DNA of 64,000 nt from Meiothermus sp. (GCA_033762915.1 JANRLD010000042.1:64001-128000), one strand, 5' to 3'; positions 25,727 through 35,801 are shown, counted from the first letter of the stretch. Program-made: numbers and translations. The notes: generated by a model not told the origin, from the sequence alone.

Positions 25727-26749
25727 ATGCCGACCGAGCCGATCCTGATCTGGGGTGCGGGGGCCATCGGGGGCACACTGGGCGCGTACTTCGTGCGGGC
25801 TGGGCACGCGGTGGTCTTGGTGGACAGCGCCGAAGAACACGTCCGGGCCATCCGCGCCGACGGCCTGCGGATCACCGGGCCGATCGAGGAGTTCGGCGTG
25901 CGGGCCGAGGCCTTCACGCCGGGGGAACTCAAGGGGCGCTTTTCCACGGTCTTCCTGGCGGTAAAGGCGCACCACACCCAGGCGGCGGCCCGGCAGCTCG
26001 AGCCGCATCTCGAGCCGCAGGGCTTCGTGGTCAGCGCCCAGAACGGGCTCAACGAGATTGAGATCGCCAAGGTGGTCGGCGCGGCCCGCACGGTGGGCTG
26101 CTTTGTCAACTTCGGGGCCGACTACCTCGAGCCCGGCCTGATCCACTTCGGCGGGCGCGGGGCGGTGGTGGTGGGGGAACTGGACGGGAAGATTACCCCG
26201 CGCCTGGAGGACTTGCACCGGCTGATGCTCGAGTTCGACGACCGGGCCATCCTGACCCCCAACATCTGGGGCTACCTGTGGGGCAAGATGGCCTACGGCG
26301 CACAGCTCTTCGCCACCGCCCTCACCGATGCCTCGATTGCCGATGCGCTGGCCGTCTGGGAGCACCACCGGCTGTTCTCCGAACTGGCTCGAGAGATCCT
26401 CCGCGTCGCCGCTGCGCAGAACGTCCGGCCCGAGGGCTTCAACGGCTTCAATCCGCACGCCTTCACCCCGGATGCCGCGCCCGAACTGGCCCTGACCTCG
26501 ATTGAGGAGATGGTGGCCCACAACCGCAAGTCGGCCAAGACCCACTCCGGCGTCTGGCGCGATCTGGCGGTGCGCAAGCGCAAGACCGAAGTAGACGCTC
26601 AGCTCGGCCCCATCGTGGAGATCGGGGTTCGCTCCGGCGTCCCCACCCCCATCACCCGCCGCCTGATCGAGATGATCCACGAGGTCGAGGAGGGCAAGAG
26701 GCCGCTAGCTTGGGAGAACCTGGGCGAACTGGCGAGGGTGATGCCGTGA
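25727..26749 (+). CDS. Ketopantoate reductase family protein
   Basis: GAGAIGG, LAVKA, QNGL, WGK, DL...KTEVD. Confidence 0.88.
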   Translation: MPTEPILIWGAGAIGGTLGAYFVRAGHAVVLVDSAEEHVRAIRADGLRITGPIEEFGVRAEAFTPGELKGRFSTVFLAVKAHHTQAAARQLEPHLEPQGFVVSAQNGLNEIEIAKVVGAARTVGCFVNFGADYLEPGLIHFGGRGAVVVGELDGKITPRLEDLHRLMLEFDDRAILTPNIWGYLWGKMAYGAQLFATALTDASIADALAVWEHHRLFSELAREILRVAAAQNVRPEGFNGFNPHAFTPDAAPELALTSIEEMVAHNRKSAKTHSGVWRDLAVRKRKTEVDAQLGPIVEIGVRSGVPTPITRRLIEMIHEVEEGKRPLAWENLGELARVMP

Positions 26750-27007
26750 GCCCGGTGAAGGCTGAACTTCTCGAGCGTAAAGCCCCTTCTCTCTGGACGG
26801 GGGAGGGTCGGGGGGGCGAGGTGACAGCGGCCTGTGGGGTGTTGAGGGCGAACGTCTCAAGGTCAAGGGCATTCGCGGTGCATGTCGCTTGCTTACCCTC
26901 CCGCCCTCCAAGCCTTGAAGCGCTCGAAAGGGGGGAGGACTCCGCTTTTCGGAGGGCTGTGCCGCCGGTGACCTGGCCCATCGCGGGGACGGTTCTGTTC
27001 GTTTTGA

Positions 27008-27133
27008 TCGCGCTTCCCGCCCATATTCCGCCTACGATGCTGCGCTAAAGCGGGCGCTAAAGCGTGCGCTAAAGCGGAATATTGCACTCGGACTGGCGAA
27101 AACCACCGTACCGAGTGTTCATGGGAACCGATT
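27008..27133 (-). mobile_element. MITE-like repeat, type B, reverse, with three GCTAAAGCG units
   Basis: TCGCGCTTCCC...(GCGCTAAAGCG)x3...CTCGG-hairpin-CCGAG...TGGGAACCGATT. Confidence 0.72.
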
Positions 27134-27208
27134 TGACCAGCCCCGCCATCAACGCCGGCCGCTGTAGGGGATCGGGGCCTGAGGGGCGGAAGGCGCTAGA
27201 GGACACCT

Positions 27209-27955
27209 ATGGAACTACGCTTCGACCACAAGACCATCATCGTCACCGGGGCCGCGCACGGCTTCGGGCGGGCTATCGCGCACAGCTTCGCCCGGCTGGG
27301 CGCGAAGGTCTGGGCCTGGGACTTGAACGCCGATGAACTCGAGGAGACCCGTGCGACCGCCGAGGGTAACTGCGAAGTCCGCACCGTCAACGTCACCGAC
27401 CCCGAGGCGGTGCAGACGGCGGCGCGGGAGGCGGGCGCGGTGGACATCTTGGTGAACAACGCGGGTGGGGTACTTGGGCAGGTGGGGCGGCCCCTCGAGA
27501 CCGTCACCCCCAAGGAGTGGAACGAGATCGTGGCGGTCAACCTGAGCGCGGCCTTTTACACCGCCCAGGCCGTCGCGCCTGGTATGAGGGAGCGTCGCTG
27601 GGGGCGGATCGTCAACATCGCCAGCGGCGCGGGCCTCGGCCCTAGCCTGACCGGCATCCAGGCGTATGCCTCGGCCAAGGCGGGGCTGGTCAACCTGACC
27701 CGGCAGCTCTGCCACGAGCTGGGGCCGTTCAACGTCACCGTCAACTGCATCGCCCCCGGCTTCGTGCGCTCCAACCCCACCACCGAGCGGCAGTGGCAGA
27801 GCTACGGCGAGGAGGGGCAAAGGCGGCTGCTCGAGAACATCGCCCTCAGGCGGCTGGGCAGCGCCCAGAACATTGCCGACGGGGTGCTGTTCTTCGCCTC
27901 GGGGCTGGCCGACTGGGTGAGCGGGCAGGTGCTCAGCGTGGACGGGGGGAAGTAG
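27209..27955 (+). CDS. SDR family oxidoreductase
   Basis: TGAAHGFG, NNAGG, YASAK, IAPG. Confidence 0.9.
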   Translation: MELRFDHKTIIVTGAAHGFGRAIAHSFARLGAKVWAWDLNADELEETRATAEGNCEVRTVNVTDPEAVQTAAREAGAVDILVNNAGGVLGQVGRPLETVTPKEWNEIVAVNLSAAFYTAQAVAPGMRERRWGRIVNIASGAGLGPSLTGIQAYASAKAGLVNLTRQLCHELGPFNVTVNCIAPGFVRSNPTTERQWQSYGEEGQRRLLENIALRRLGSAQNIADGVLFFASGLADWVSGQVLSVDGGK

Positions 27956-28075
27956 GTTGCGCCTTTGTGGCGTCGGTGGGCGCTTGCGGAGGCTCGAGGC
28001 TCGTTGGGAGCACAGGCGCAACTGCCCCGATCCGACGCGGGCGGGGAAGCCGACAACTTGCGACGGAGATGTTTG

Positions 28076-28430
28076 GTGCTCGAGGCCGTTCTCGCCCACC
28101 TGAAAGGCAACTTCGGCTCGTATTTGGGCGAGCTGACCGAGTTTGCCCGCATCCCAGCGTCTGCACCGACCCCGCCTTCAAGCCCGATCGCGTATCCCAC
28201 CCATACTCCGCCCACGATGCTGCGCTGAAGCGTGTGCTAAAGCGGAGTATTGCGCTCGGTCTGGCGAAAACCGCCGTACCGAGTGTTTGTGGGAATCGCT
28301 CTGAGGTGCGCCCGGCCGCGCAGTGGGTCATGGAGCGACTGAAGCGGGCGGGTGTGACGGAAGTGGAGGTAGTCGAGACCCTCGGCTACCCGGTCGTTTA
28401 CGACTCCTGGATCACCGACCCCGCCAAGCC
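28076..28430 (+). pseudogene. Truncated M20-family dipeptidase, frameshifted and MITE-interrupted
   Basis: VLEAVLAHLKGNFGSYLGELTEFARIP (frameshift) SVCTDPAFKPD [MITE] EVRPAAQWVMERLKRAG..VEVVETLGYPVVY resembles an M20 N-terminus; ends before the GHYD motif. Confidence 0.72.
28188..28301 (-). mobile_element. MITE-like repeat, type B, reverse, inserted in the M20 pseudogene
   Basis: TCGCGTATCCCA...GTGGGAATCGCTC, 114 bp. Confidence 0.75.
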
Positions 28431-28462
28431 CGCTCCGCAGATGCTGCAGAGACCTGACGCCC

Positions 28463-29236
28463 CTAGCCCCTGGCCCGGTAGCGCACCAAATGCTCCTTGT
28501 AGCCCCCGTCGGCGAACAGGCTGGTCCCGGTAACGTAGCTCGAGGCCTCCGAGGCCAGAAACAGCAGCGGCCCGATCATCTCCTGGGTCTGGGCCACCCG
28601 CCCCAGCGGGATCCACTCGGCGAATTGGTCGCGTCCGATTTCTTCAATCACTTCGCGGTTGATGTCGGTCTCAACCGCACCGGGTGCCAGGTTGTTGACC
28701 CGAATACCGTAGGGAGCAAGCTCTAAAGCCAGCACCCGGGTTGCCATAGCCAGGGCAGCTTTGGAGGCGCAGTAGGCGGTGTTGCCGAAGTAGGGTACGG
28801 TCTCGTGGATCGAGGTGAGGTTGATAACCGAGGCGCTGCCTGCGGCCTTGAGTAGGGGGAGGAGACGCTGGATCAGCTCGAGCGGTGCGCGCAGGTTGAC
28901 CCGGTAGGTAGTGTCGAGGTCGTGAAGGCTGAGGCGCTCGAGGGTTCCCATTATTTCCACCCCGGCGTTGTTGACCAAGATGTCCAGCTTGGCCTCGGCC
29001 TGAATCAACCCCTGGACCAATTGGTCAATGCCCTCGGCCTGGCTTAGGTCGCCGGCCAACGGCCAAGCGCCCAGGGTGTCGGCCGCCCGGCGGACCTGTT
29101 CCAGGCTGCGCCCGTGCAGATACACCTTGGCCCCGGCGGCAATCAACCCATGGGCGATCTCTTTACCGATGCCACGGGTGCTGCCGGTAACCAGGGCGGT
29201 TTTGCCGTTGAGCGAGAACATCTCGAGGGGGTTCAT
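28463..29236 (-). CDS. SDR family oxidoreductase (sugar/sugar-acid dehydrogenase-like)
   Basis: TGSTRGIG, NNAG, SIHE, YCASK, LAPG. Confidence 0.9.
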   Translation of the reverse strand: MNPLEMFSLNGKTALVTGSTRGIGKEIAHGLIAAGAKVYLHGRSLEQVRRAADTLGAWPLAGDLSQAEGIDQLVQGLIQAEAKLDILVNNAGVEIMGTLERLSLHDLDTTYRVNLRAPLELIQRLLPLLKAAGSASVINLTSIHETVPYFGNTAYCASKAALAMATRVLALELAPYGIRVNNLAPGAVETDINREVIEEIGRDQFAEWIPLGRVAQTQEMIGPLLFLASEASSYVTGTSLFADGGYKEHLVRYRARG

Positions 29237-29659
29237 GGCGTCTCCAGAAAGTCCCGTGGCGGCATTGCGCCGCGAAAGGCCAGCGACCAGGCGGCGCTGG
29301 CCTTGGCCGGCTCAGCAGCCTCCGCAGCAGCCCTGCCCCGGGTAAGCGCTGCAATTAGCTGCCGTTTTGGGCCTTGCCCGCACCGGTGCTGACTACGTCC
29401 GGTGCCGTCTATGTTAAGTTGCGCCCGCGTAAGATGCACAAATCACCGCCGTTTTATGAGCTGGCTACGGGCGCAATCCCTGAGTGGCTTGTAGGCGGAA
29501 AATCACGCAAGACATACGCGGGAGGTACTTAGCTAACCCAGGGGCGACTTCTCGACCGGCCCCTCCCGACTTCCAGAGAGCCGCGCCGGCCAGAAGTTCG
29601 GCGGCGTAGAACTCCACCCTGCGCTCGTCCAAGGCCAGCCATTCAAACCTCTTCATCAC
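29233..29659 (-). pseudogene. PfkB-family carbohydrate kinase remnant with internal deletion and frameshift
   Basis: N-terminal MKRFEWLALDERRVEFY; C-terminal VVSTGAGKAQNG (frameshift) LIAALTRG..AAEAA..A.ASAAWSLAFRGA; both ends overlap neighbouring genes. Confidence 0.55.
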
Positions 29660-30351
29660 ATCACGCCAAAGCGCTCAAAGGCTTCCACCGTGCTCATCCC
29701 GTCCTCGATGGCCTTGCGGACCAGATTCTCCTTGTCCACTTTTTCCAGGGCCAGCCTGAAGGTCTCCTCGACCGCGGCTTGCGGAACCACCAACACCCCG
29801 TCTATGTCGCCGAACAGCAAGTCGCCCGGCTCGATCCGCACGCGCCCGATCTCCAGGGGAACCCGGAAATCCACCACCTTGCCGCGCGGGCCTTGGTCTT
29901 GGGCATAGCGCCCGTAGGAGAAGGTGGGGAAGCCCAGCCGCAGGATGCCGTGGGTGTCGCGGGAGTAGCCGTCGAGCACCGCCCCCGCCGCCCCCAGCCT
30001 GAGTGCGCGGTTGGACATCAGCTCGCCCCACAGGGCGTAGCGCGGCGAGGCGCCGGAGGCGATGTAGACCTCGCCGGTCTTGAGGTCGTCGAGGGCGTGT
30101 AGCATCAGCCCGAAGGGTTTGGTGCTGAGGTCATTGTGGCCGCGGGCGCTGGCGGCGAAGTAGTCGGCCTCGAGCACCGGCATGGCCCGCCCCACGACCA
30201 CCATGTCCTCACGCAGGGGTCTGATCTCGGGTGGCAAGAATTGGTGAAAGAAACCTAGCGTGTCCAAGATGTCGCCGATCACCGCGCTGAACAGCCGCTC
30301 TCTGGCCAGCCTGAACAACTCAGCGTCGCTTTGCCAATGGGTCTGTGTCAT
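29656..30351 (-). CDS. RraA family protein (HMG/CHA aldolase-like)
   Basis: AVIGDILD, ALWGELMS, GAVLDGYSRD, IEPGDLLFGDIDGVLVVP. Confidence 0.88.
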   Translation of the reverse strand: MTQTHWQSDAELFRLARERLFSAVIGDILDTLGFFHQFLPPEIRPLREDMVVVGRAMPVLEADYFAASARGHNDLSTKPFGLMLHALDDLKTGEVYIASGASPRYALWGELMSNRALRLGAAGAVLDGYSRDTHGILRLGFPTFSYGRYAQDQGPRGKVVDFRVPLEIGRVRIEPGDLLFGDIDGVLVVPQAAVEETFRLALEKVDKENLVRKAIEDGMSTVEAFERFGVM

Positions 30352-30385
30352 AAGAGACCTCGGGTGGGTAGATTGCCGTATACTA

Positions 30386-30406
30386 TCAAGCTACATGACA
30401 GCTTGA
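30386..30406. promoter_or_regulatory. Palindromic operator between rraA-like gene and FadR-like regulator
   Basis: TCAAGCT-N7-AGCTTGA overlapping TTGACA; related sites at 35727 and 37389. Confidence 0.62.
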
Positions 30407-30445
30407 CAACTCGAAGAAGGCTGTATAATTCCTCCAGGCACACCT

Positions 30446-31141
30446 ATGCTTACCAAACTGGCTCGAGGCACCCTATCCGAACGCGCCGCATCTCAACTGG
30501 TGGAGTTTATTCAGTCCGAGATGCACCCCGGCGATGTATTGCCCGCCGAAGCCCGCCTGGCTGAACGTTTGGGGGTCAGCCGCCCGATTGTGCGCGAGGC
30601 GCTCAAGTCGTTGCAGGGGCAGGGAATTGTCGAGGTGATGAACGGCAAGGGCGCGGTGGTGCGCTCCTTGAGCAACGGCATCCTGACCAGCTACTTCTCG
30701 CGGGCCATCCAGATTAACCGGGCCAGCATTTTGGAGTTGATGGACGTGCGGCGCGGCATCGAGTTCGAGTCGGCGCGGCTGGCCGCCCAGCACCGCAGCG
30801 CGGAGCAGCTCGAGCAAATGCGAAGTATTGTGAGCCAGATGCAGAGCGCCATCGACGACCCCCAGGCCTACAGCCAGTTGGACGTTCAACTGCACATTTT
30901 GATCGCCCAGGCCAGCCAGAATAAGGTGCTGGTGCATCTGGTCGAGTCGCTGCGCGAGGCCCTGCACGAAGCCTCGCTGAGCGGGTTGCAACACCGCCGC
31001 ACTCGGGGCGAACTGGTGCGGGTCCAGGAGTTGCACGAAATGTTGCTTCACCACATCGGCAATAAGGACGTTAAGCAAGCCGCCCGAACCATGGCACTTC
31101 ACATGGATGAGGCAATAGCAGCGTTGAGGCATATCGGTTAG
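30446..31141 (+). CDS. GntR/FadR family transcriptional regulator (FCD domain)
   Basis: LPAEARLAERLGVSRPIVREAL..L..G; C-terminal D..LH..I..AS.N. Confidence 0.9.
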   Translation: MLTKLARGTLSERAASQLVEFIQSEMHPGDVLPAEARLAERLGVSRPIVREALKSLQGQGIVEVMNGKGAVVRSLSNGILTSYFSRAIQINRASILELMDVRRGIEFESARLAAQHRSAEQLEQMRSIVSQMQSAIDDPQAYSQLDVQLHILIAQASQNKVLVHLVESLREALHEASLSGLQHRRTRGELVRVQELHEMLLHHIGNKDVKQAARTMALHMDEAIAALRHIG

Positions 31142-32352
31142 CCCCAGTCAAACCAACGGCTACCGGGGAGCTGGTATTCGCGTGCAGACTGTTCGTCTAG
31201 CTCGAGGCCAAAGCCGGGCCGCTCGTTCGGCCTGACCCAGCCATGACGAAACCACTCGCCGGTTCCGCCCTGCGCCAAGTCGTGAAAGAACGGCACGTCG
31301 TGGGCGTGGAACTCCACCACCGACAGGTTGGGGATGCTCAGGCCCAGGTGGGCTGCGGCCATCAGGGCCAGCGGGCTGCCAATCATGTGGGGCGCGAACG
31401 GCTTGTTGGCGGTGTGGGCCAGGTCGGCGATCTTCTTCCCCTCGGCCAGGCCGCCGGCCTTTTGTAGGTCGGGTGTCACCACATCCAGCAGGTCTTCGTA
31501 GATCAGGCGGCGGAAGCCCTCGCGTAGTTGAAGGTTTTCGCCGGTGCCGATGGGGGTGGCGCTGTGCGCGCGCAGGTAGCGCAGCCCGGCCTCGTCGTGG
31601 GGCGGGCAGGGGTCTTCCAGCCACATCGGTCGTAGCGGCTCGAGACCTTTGGCCACCTGGGCAATTTCGTTGGGTCGGTAGCGCCAGTGGGCGTCGAAGG
31701 CCAGGTCCACCTCGCTGCCCACCGCTGCACGAACCTCGCTCGCCAGACCCAGCATCCAGTCTATGTCCTTGGAGGTAATCGAATAGCCGGTGGCCGAGGA
31801 GAAATCGCTCTCGGGCAGGTCGAGGTCGAACTTGAGCGCGGTGTAGCCGAGCTCGGCCATCTCCCTGGCCCTGAGGGCGCTGGCTTGGATGATTTCAGGG
31901 CGCGAGAGGACGAGCTTCTCGGGCCGCGCCCACTTGGGCGTGGTGGGCTGAAGCAGTGGCGAGAGGCACTCCAAGGCCCCCGCCGCGTGGCAGTCCAGAT
32001 AAATCCGCACCTCGTCGCGAAACTTGCCGCCTAACAACTGATATACCGGCAGCCCATAGTGCTTGCCTTTCAAGTCCCACAGTGCGGCCTCAATGCCGGT
32101 GATGGCATTCCACACCAGGCCGCCCAGTGATCCTGCCCCCGAGGCTGCCCAACGCATCTGCTCGACCAGCCGCTCGATGTTGCGGTAGTCCTGCCCTTCC
32201 AAGAGCGGGGCAAACTCTGCGACCATCTCGGGCAGGCCTGGCGCAAAAAAGCATTCACCTGTGCCGTAGCCGTCCTCGGCATAGACCCGCACATAGGTCC
32301 AGTGAAAGTTGGCCTGTACTACGGCGGTGGATAGTTTCCGGATTCTCGGCAT
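31138..32352 (-). CDS. Mandelate racemase/enolase superfamily sugar-acid dehydratase
   Basis: ALWDLKGK..GLPVYQLLGG, KFD, DAH, WLEDP, TGEN, PD, APH, PGFG. Confidence 0.9.
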   Translation of the reverse strand: MPRIRKLSTAVVQANFHWTYVRVYAEDGYGTGECFFAPGLPEMVAEFAPLLEGQDYRNIERLVEQMRWAASGAGSLGGLVWNAITGIEAALWDLKGKHYGLPVYQLLGGKFRDEVRIYLDCHAAGALECLSPLLQPTTPKWARPEKLVLSRPEIIQASALRAREMAELGYTALKFDLDLPESDFSSATGYSITSKDIDWMLGLASEVRAAVGSEVDLAFDAHWRYRPNEIAQVAKGLEPLRPMWLEDPCPPHDEAGLRYLRAHSATPIGTGENLQLREGFRRLIYEDLLDVVTPDLQKAGGLAEGKKIADLAHTANKPFAPHMIGSPLALMAAAHLGLSIPNLSVVEFHAHDVPFFHDLAQGGTGEWFRHGWVRPNERPGFGLELDEQSAREYQLPGSRWFDWG

Positions 32353-32374
32353 CGGTTTACCTCTGGCCCCTCGC

Positions 32375-33199
32375 CTAGCCCTTCACTGCGCCCGCCGTCA
32401 GCCCGCGCACCACGAAGCGGCTCAACAGGGCGGCGATCAGGATGGTGGGGACGATGTACATCATGCTGGCCGCTGACATGTGATCCCAGCGGATGCCGAA
32501 TAGCAGGCTCATCTGCGAGAGGGCCATGGGCAGGGTCTGTGAGGCCGGGGTGGAGGTCAGCACCAGCGGCAGGGCGAAGTCGTTCCAGCTAAACAGGAAG
32601 GCGAAAATCGCGGTCACCGCCAGGCCGGGTGCGGATATGGGCAGCACAATGCGCCAAAAGGTGCCGAGCCTCGAGCAGCCGTCCACCAGCGCGGCCTCCT
32701 CGAGTTCTTTGGGCAGGCTGCGGAAGAAGCCCTCGAGGATCCAGATAGCCAGCGGCAGCACGAAGGCCAACTGGGCGATGATCACCGCCGCGCGGGTGTT
32801 GAGGAGGCCCAGGCTGGCGAACATCAGGTACAACGGAATCATCAGCGAGATGCTGGGGATCATCCGCATCACCAGCACCAGCACCAGCAGGAACCCGCTG
32901 CCCGCGAATCGGTACCGGGCGAAGCCGTAGGCCCCCAGCGACCCGATCACCACGGCCAGGGCGGTCACGCTCAGCGAGGTCACCAGGCTGTTGGCCAGGA
33001 AGGCCGTCATCTCGTAGGTGCGGAAGACCGAGAGGTAGTTCTCGAGGGTGAACTGGCTGGGCAGTCCGAAGCTGAACAACTCGCGGGGCGGCTTGAAGGA
33101 GGTCAGGCCCAGCCAGAAAATCGGGAAGACGAAAAACAGCACCGCCAGCCCGATGAGTAGGTAGCTGAGGTATATCTTGATCCGCTCGTTGCGCCTCAC
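32375..33199 (-). CDS. Carbohydrate ABC transporter permease
   Basis: LPKELEEAALVDG; ends GLTAGAVKG. Confidence 0.92.
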   Translation of the reverse strand: MRRNERIKIYLSYLLIGLAVLFFVFPIFWLGLTSFKPPRELFSFGLPSQFTLENYLSVFRTYEMTAFLANSLVTSLSVTALAVVIGSLGAYGFARYRFAGSGFLLVLVLVMRMIPSISLMIPLYLMFASLGLLNTRAAVIIAQLAFVLPLAIWILEGFFRSLPKELEEAALVDGCSRLGTFWRIVLPISAPGLAVTAIFAFLFSWNDFALPLVLTSTPASQTLPMALSQMSLLFGIRWDHMSAASMMYIVPTILIAALLSRFVVRGLTAGAVKG

Positions 33200-33245
33200 C
33201 CCCAGACCTCCGAGCCTTCCACACCTGGATTTACCTCGACCCAGG

Positions 33246-34211
33246 TCATGCAGTCTCCTCCCGGCGTAGTAGACGGATCAAGAGCAGACCTGCGACGATC
33301 AGCATCGCCAGCATGATCATGGAACCCGCCGAGGCCTGTCCCACGTTGAGGTTGACAAAGTTGAGCCGATACAGAAAGTAGCTCAGCACGTCGGTTGAGT
33401 TGGCGGGGCCGCCCTGGGTCAGAATGTACACCAGGTCGAAGACCCGAAAAGCGTCCATTCCGCGAATCAGCAGGGCCACCAGAATGATGGGTTGTAACAG
33501 CGGCAGGGTGATTTTAACAAAGCGCTGCCAGCTGTTGGCCCCGTCCATCCGGGCGGCCTCGTAGAGTTCGTCGGGGATCACGGTCAGGCCCGCGCCTAGC
33601 AAAATCACCATGATCGGGGTGGTGGCCCATATCTCCACGATGATCAGGCTCCACAGGGCGAGGTCAGGGCTCGAGAGCCAGGGTATGCTGCCCTGCACCA
33701 GTCCCAGCGCCCTGGCCACCTGGTTAATCACCCCGAGCTGGTCGTTGTACATGAACTTCCACATCAGCCCCATCACCACCGGGGCCAGCATCATTGGGAT
33801 CACGATCAGGGTGCGGGCTAGGTCGCGCCCCACCCGCAGCTTGACCAAAGCCAGCGCGATGATCAGTCCCAGCGCCAGCTCGATGGGAACTGCCACGAAG
33901 GTGTAGATGAAGCTGTGCCAAAGCGCGGTGCGGAAGCCCTCATCGCCCAGCACGCTGAGGTAGTTGTCGAGGCCGTTGAAGCGGATGTCGTCGGGCCTCG
34001 AGAGCCTGAAGAACTGGAAGCTGGCCCACACCGCGTACAGCAGCGGGTAGGCTACCACCATCGCCAGCACCACGAACAGCGGCGAGACCAATAAGGCCCC
34101 GAACTGCGCGTTATTGAGGTTGAATCTTCTCAAGTCGGCGGCTCCTCGGGTGGGTGGCGTATCACCTACAGCGTAATGCGTTCGGTGTTCCCCGGATCCT
34201 CTTCCCGACAA
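33246..34211 (-). CDS. Carbohydrate ABC transporter permease (start uncertain)
   Basis: GLDNY, ELYEAARMDGA, FDLVYILTQGGP. Confidence 0.9.
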   Translation of the reverse strand: MSGRGSGEHRTHYAVGDTPPTRGAADLRRFNLNNAQFGALLVSPLFVVLAMVVAYPLLYAVWASFQFFRLSRPDDIRFNGLDNYLSVLGDEGFRTALWHSFIYTFVAVPIELALGLIIALALVKLRVGRDLARTLIVIPMMLAPVVMGLMWKFMYNDQLGVINQVARALGLVQGSIPWLSSPDLALWSLIIVEIWATTPIMVILLGAGLTVIPDELYEAARMDGANSWQRFVKITLPLLQPIILVALLIRGMDAFRVFDLVYILTQGGPANSTDVLSYFLYRLNFVNLNVGQASAGSMIMLAMLIVAGLLLIRLLRREETA

Positions 34212-34262
34212 GGCGAATCTAGGCAGGGAGGATGCTGCCTAGATTCGGGGTCGGGGCTAAGG

Positions 34263-35657
34263 CTAGCGTTTGGGCGGGAAGTTGTTGGTGCTCAGAATCT
34301 TGCGGATGTCGGCGGCGGCCTGGGTCAGTGCGGCCTGTGGGGTGGCCCGCCCGATCAGCGACTGCTGGATGGCGTTTTGCAGCACATTCTCGATGGGCAT
34401 CCAGCTCTCGCCGGTGGCCAGGGGCGAGACCATTCTGCCGTCGGGCATGTTCTGCGAGATGGCCACGAAGGGCTGGCCCTTGCTGCGGGCCAGCTCGGCC
34501 AGCACGCTGCGCCGTACCGGCACCAGGCTGCCCTCGGCGTAGAGCCTCGAGGCGGCGGGGCTGGCGAACCACTTCGCCAGGTCGATGGCGGCTTCTTTCT
34601 TGCCACACTTCTCAAACACGTTGAACGACCAGCCGCCGATGTTGCCGCCCCGGTTGATCCGGTTGTTGATCAGCACGCCTGGCTTGCGCCCCACTGCCAC
34701 CTGGCCCACCACCTTGGACTGCTTGGGGTCTTGCAGGATGCTCCACATGTAGGGCCAGTTGATCGCCATGGCCACCCGGCCCTCAGCGAACAGGGTGTGG
34801 AACTCGGTGTAGTCAAAGGTGTTGGTGTCCTTGGGATAGATGTTGTGGCGGCGGAAGTTGTCTACTACCCACTGGAGCGAGCGCACGGCGGCGGGCGAGT
34901 CCACGATCACGTTGTACTTGTCGTCGAAGACGTCACCGCCGAAGGCGAAGAGGTAGTTGTACCACTCCCAGGTGGAGGCCAGGTTGGAGGCCCCTTTGAA
35001 GGCCGAGCCGTAGACGGCGATGCGGGTGGGGTCGAAGCCGGGCTCGTTGCCACGCTTGCCGTTCACGTCCACAGTCAGGCGGATGGCCCACTGGCGGAAC
35101 TCGTCGTAGGTGTTGGGCGGGCGGTTGGGTAGCCCGGCGGCGCGGAAGAGGTCGGTGCGCCAGAACAGGATGTTGGTGTCGGAGTACATCGGCATTCCGT
35201 AGAGCTTGCCGTCAATCGAGTACTGGTTCACGTCGCCCTGGAACATGTCGGCCACGTCCACCGGCCGGGGCAGCTCGGCCAGTAGGCCGCTCATGCCGAA
35301 GTCCTTGGCCCCCCCCGCGCCGGTCTCCATCGCGTCGTAGGGGCACTGCCCCGCCAGCAGGGCCAGGCGCACCTTGTTGTAGATCTCGTTCTCGGGGATC
35401 GGTACGAAGTTGACCTTGGCTCCCGAGGCGCGCTCGAAGGACTCCCTGAGCTGTCCGTAGATACGGTCGTAGGGGGGGTTGGTGTGCGAGGCGTTGATGA
35501 CTACGTTGAGGGTGGTGCCTGCCCAGTTGCGCGGCTGATAGAAGTCCCGGATGGCCTGAGCGGTAGGGGCGGCCTGGGCCAGCGCCGCCGAGAGCAACCC
35601 CAGCGACAGCGAACCCGACAGCACCTTGACCAGACGATTTGCTGCGTTCGTGACCAT
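34263..35657 (-). CDS. Carbohydrate ABC transporter substrate-binding protein
   Basis: Signal peptide; DGKLYGMP, LFWRTDLF..AG..PP.TYDE; AAGGAG RBS. Confidence 0.9.
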   Translation of the reverse strand: MVTNAANRLVKVLSGSLSLGLLSAALAQAAPTAQAIRDFYQPRNWAGTTLNVVINASHTNPPYDRIYGQLRESFERASGAKVNFVPIPENEIYNKVRLALLAGQCPYDAMETGAGGAKDFGMSGLLAELPRPVDVADMFQGDVNQYSIDGKLYGMPMYSDTNILFWRTDLFRAAGLPNRPPNTYDEFRQWAIRLTVDVNGKRGNEPGFDPTRIAVYGSAFKGASNLASTWEWYNYLFAFGGDVFDDKYNVIVDSPAAVRSLQWVVDNFRRHNIYPKDTNTFDYTEFHTLFAEGRVAMAINWPYMWSILQDPKQSKVVGQVAVGRKPGVLINNRINRGGNIGGWSFNVFEKCGKKEAAIDLAKWFASPAASRLYAEGSLVPVRRSVLAELARSKGQPFVAISQNMPDGRMVSPLATGESWMPIENVLQNAIQQSLIGRATPQAALTQAAADIRKILSTNNFPPKR

Positions 35658-35726
35658 ACCTCTCCTTTTTTGTAGCACAGACCTTTGAAAGGTTGAGCAA
35701 ATGTTATGTCAGCATGTATCAAACTG

Positions 35727-35747
35727 TCAAGCTATCATATAGCTATT
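35727..35747. promoter_or_regulatory. Second operator copy at the ABC operon promoter
   Basis: TCAAGCT-N7-AGCTATT; minus strand TTGACA-N18-TAACAT. Confidence 0.55.
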
Positions 35748-35801
35748 GGGATGGCGGCTGACGGGGTGTGACCTCACTCCCGGGTGGACGCTGAATTCCG
35801 C

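Noticed and set aside
24761..26680. 639-aa minus-strand ORF; likewise 43512-45686, 56705-58423, 52468-54198 and 45918-47291
   Set aside because: Antisense shadows of well-supported genes, expected in high-GC DNA; no motifs
26746..27048. Short ORF after the ketopantoate reductase-like gene
   Set aside because: Mostly palindromic-repeat and MITE sequence
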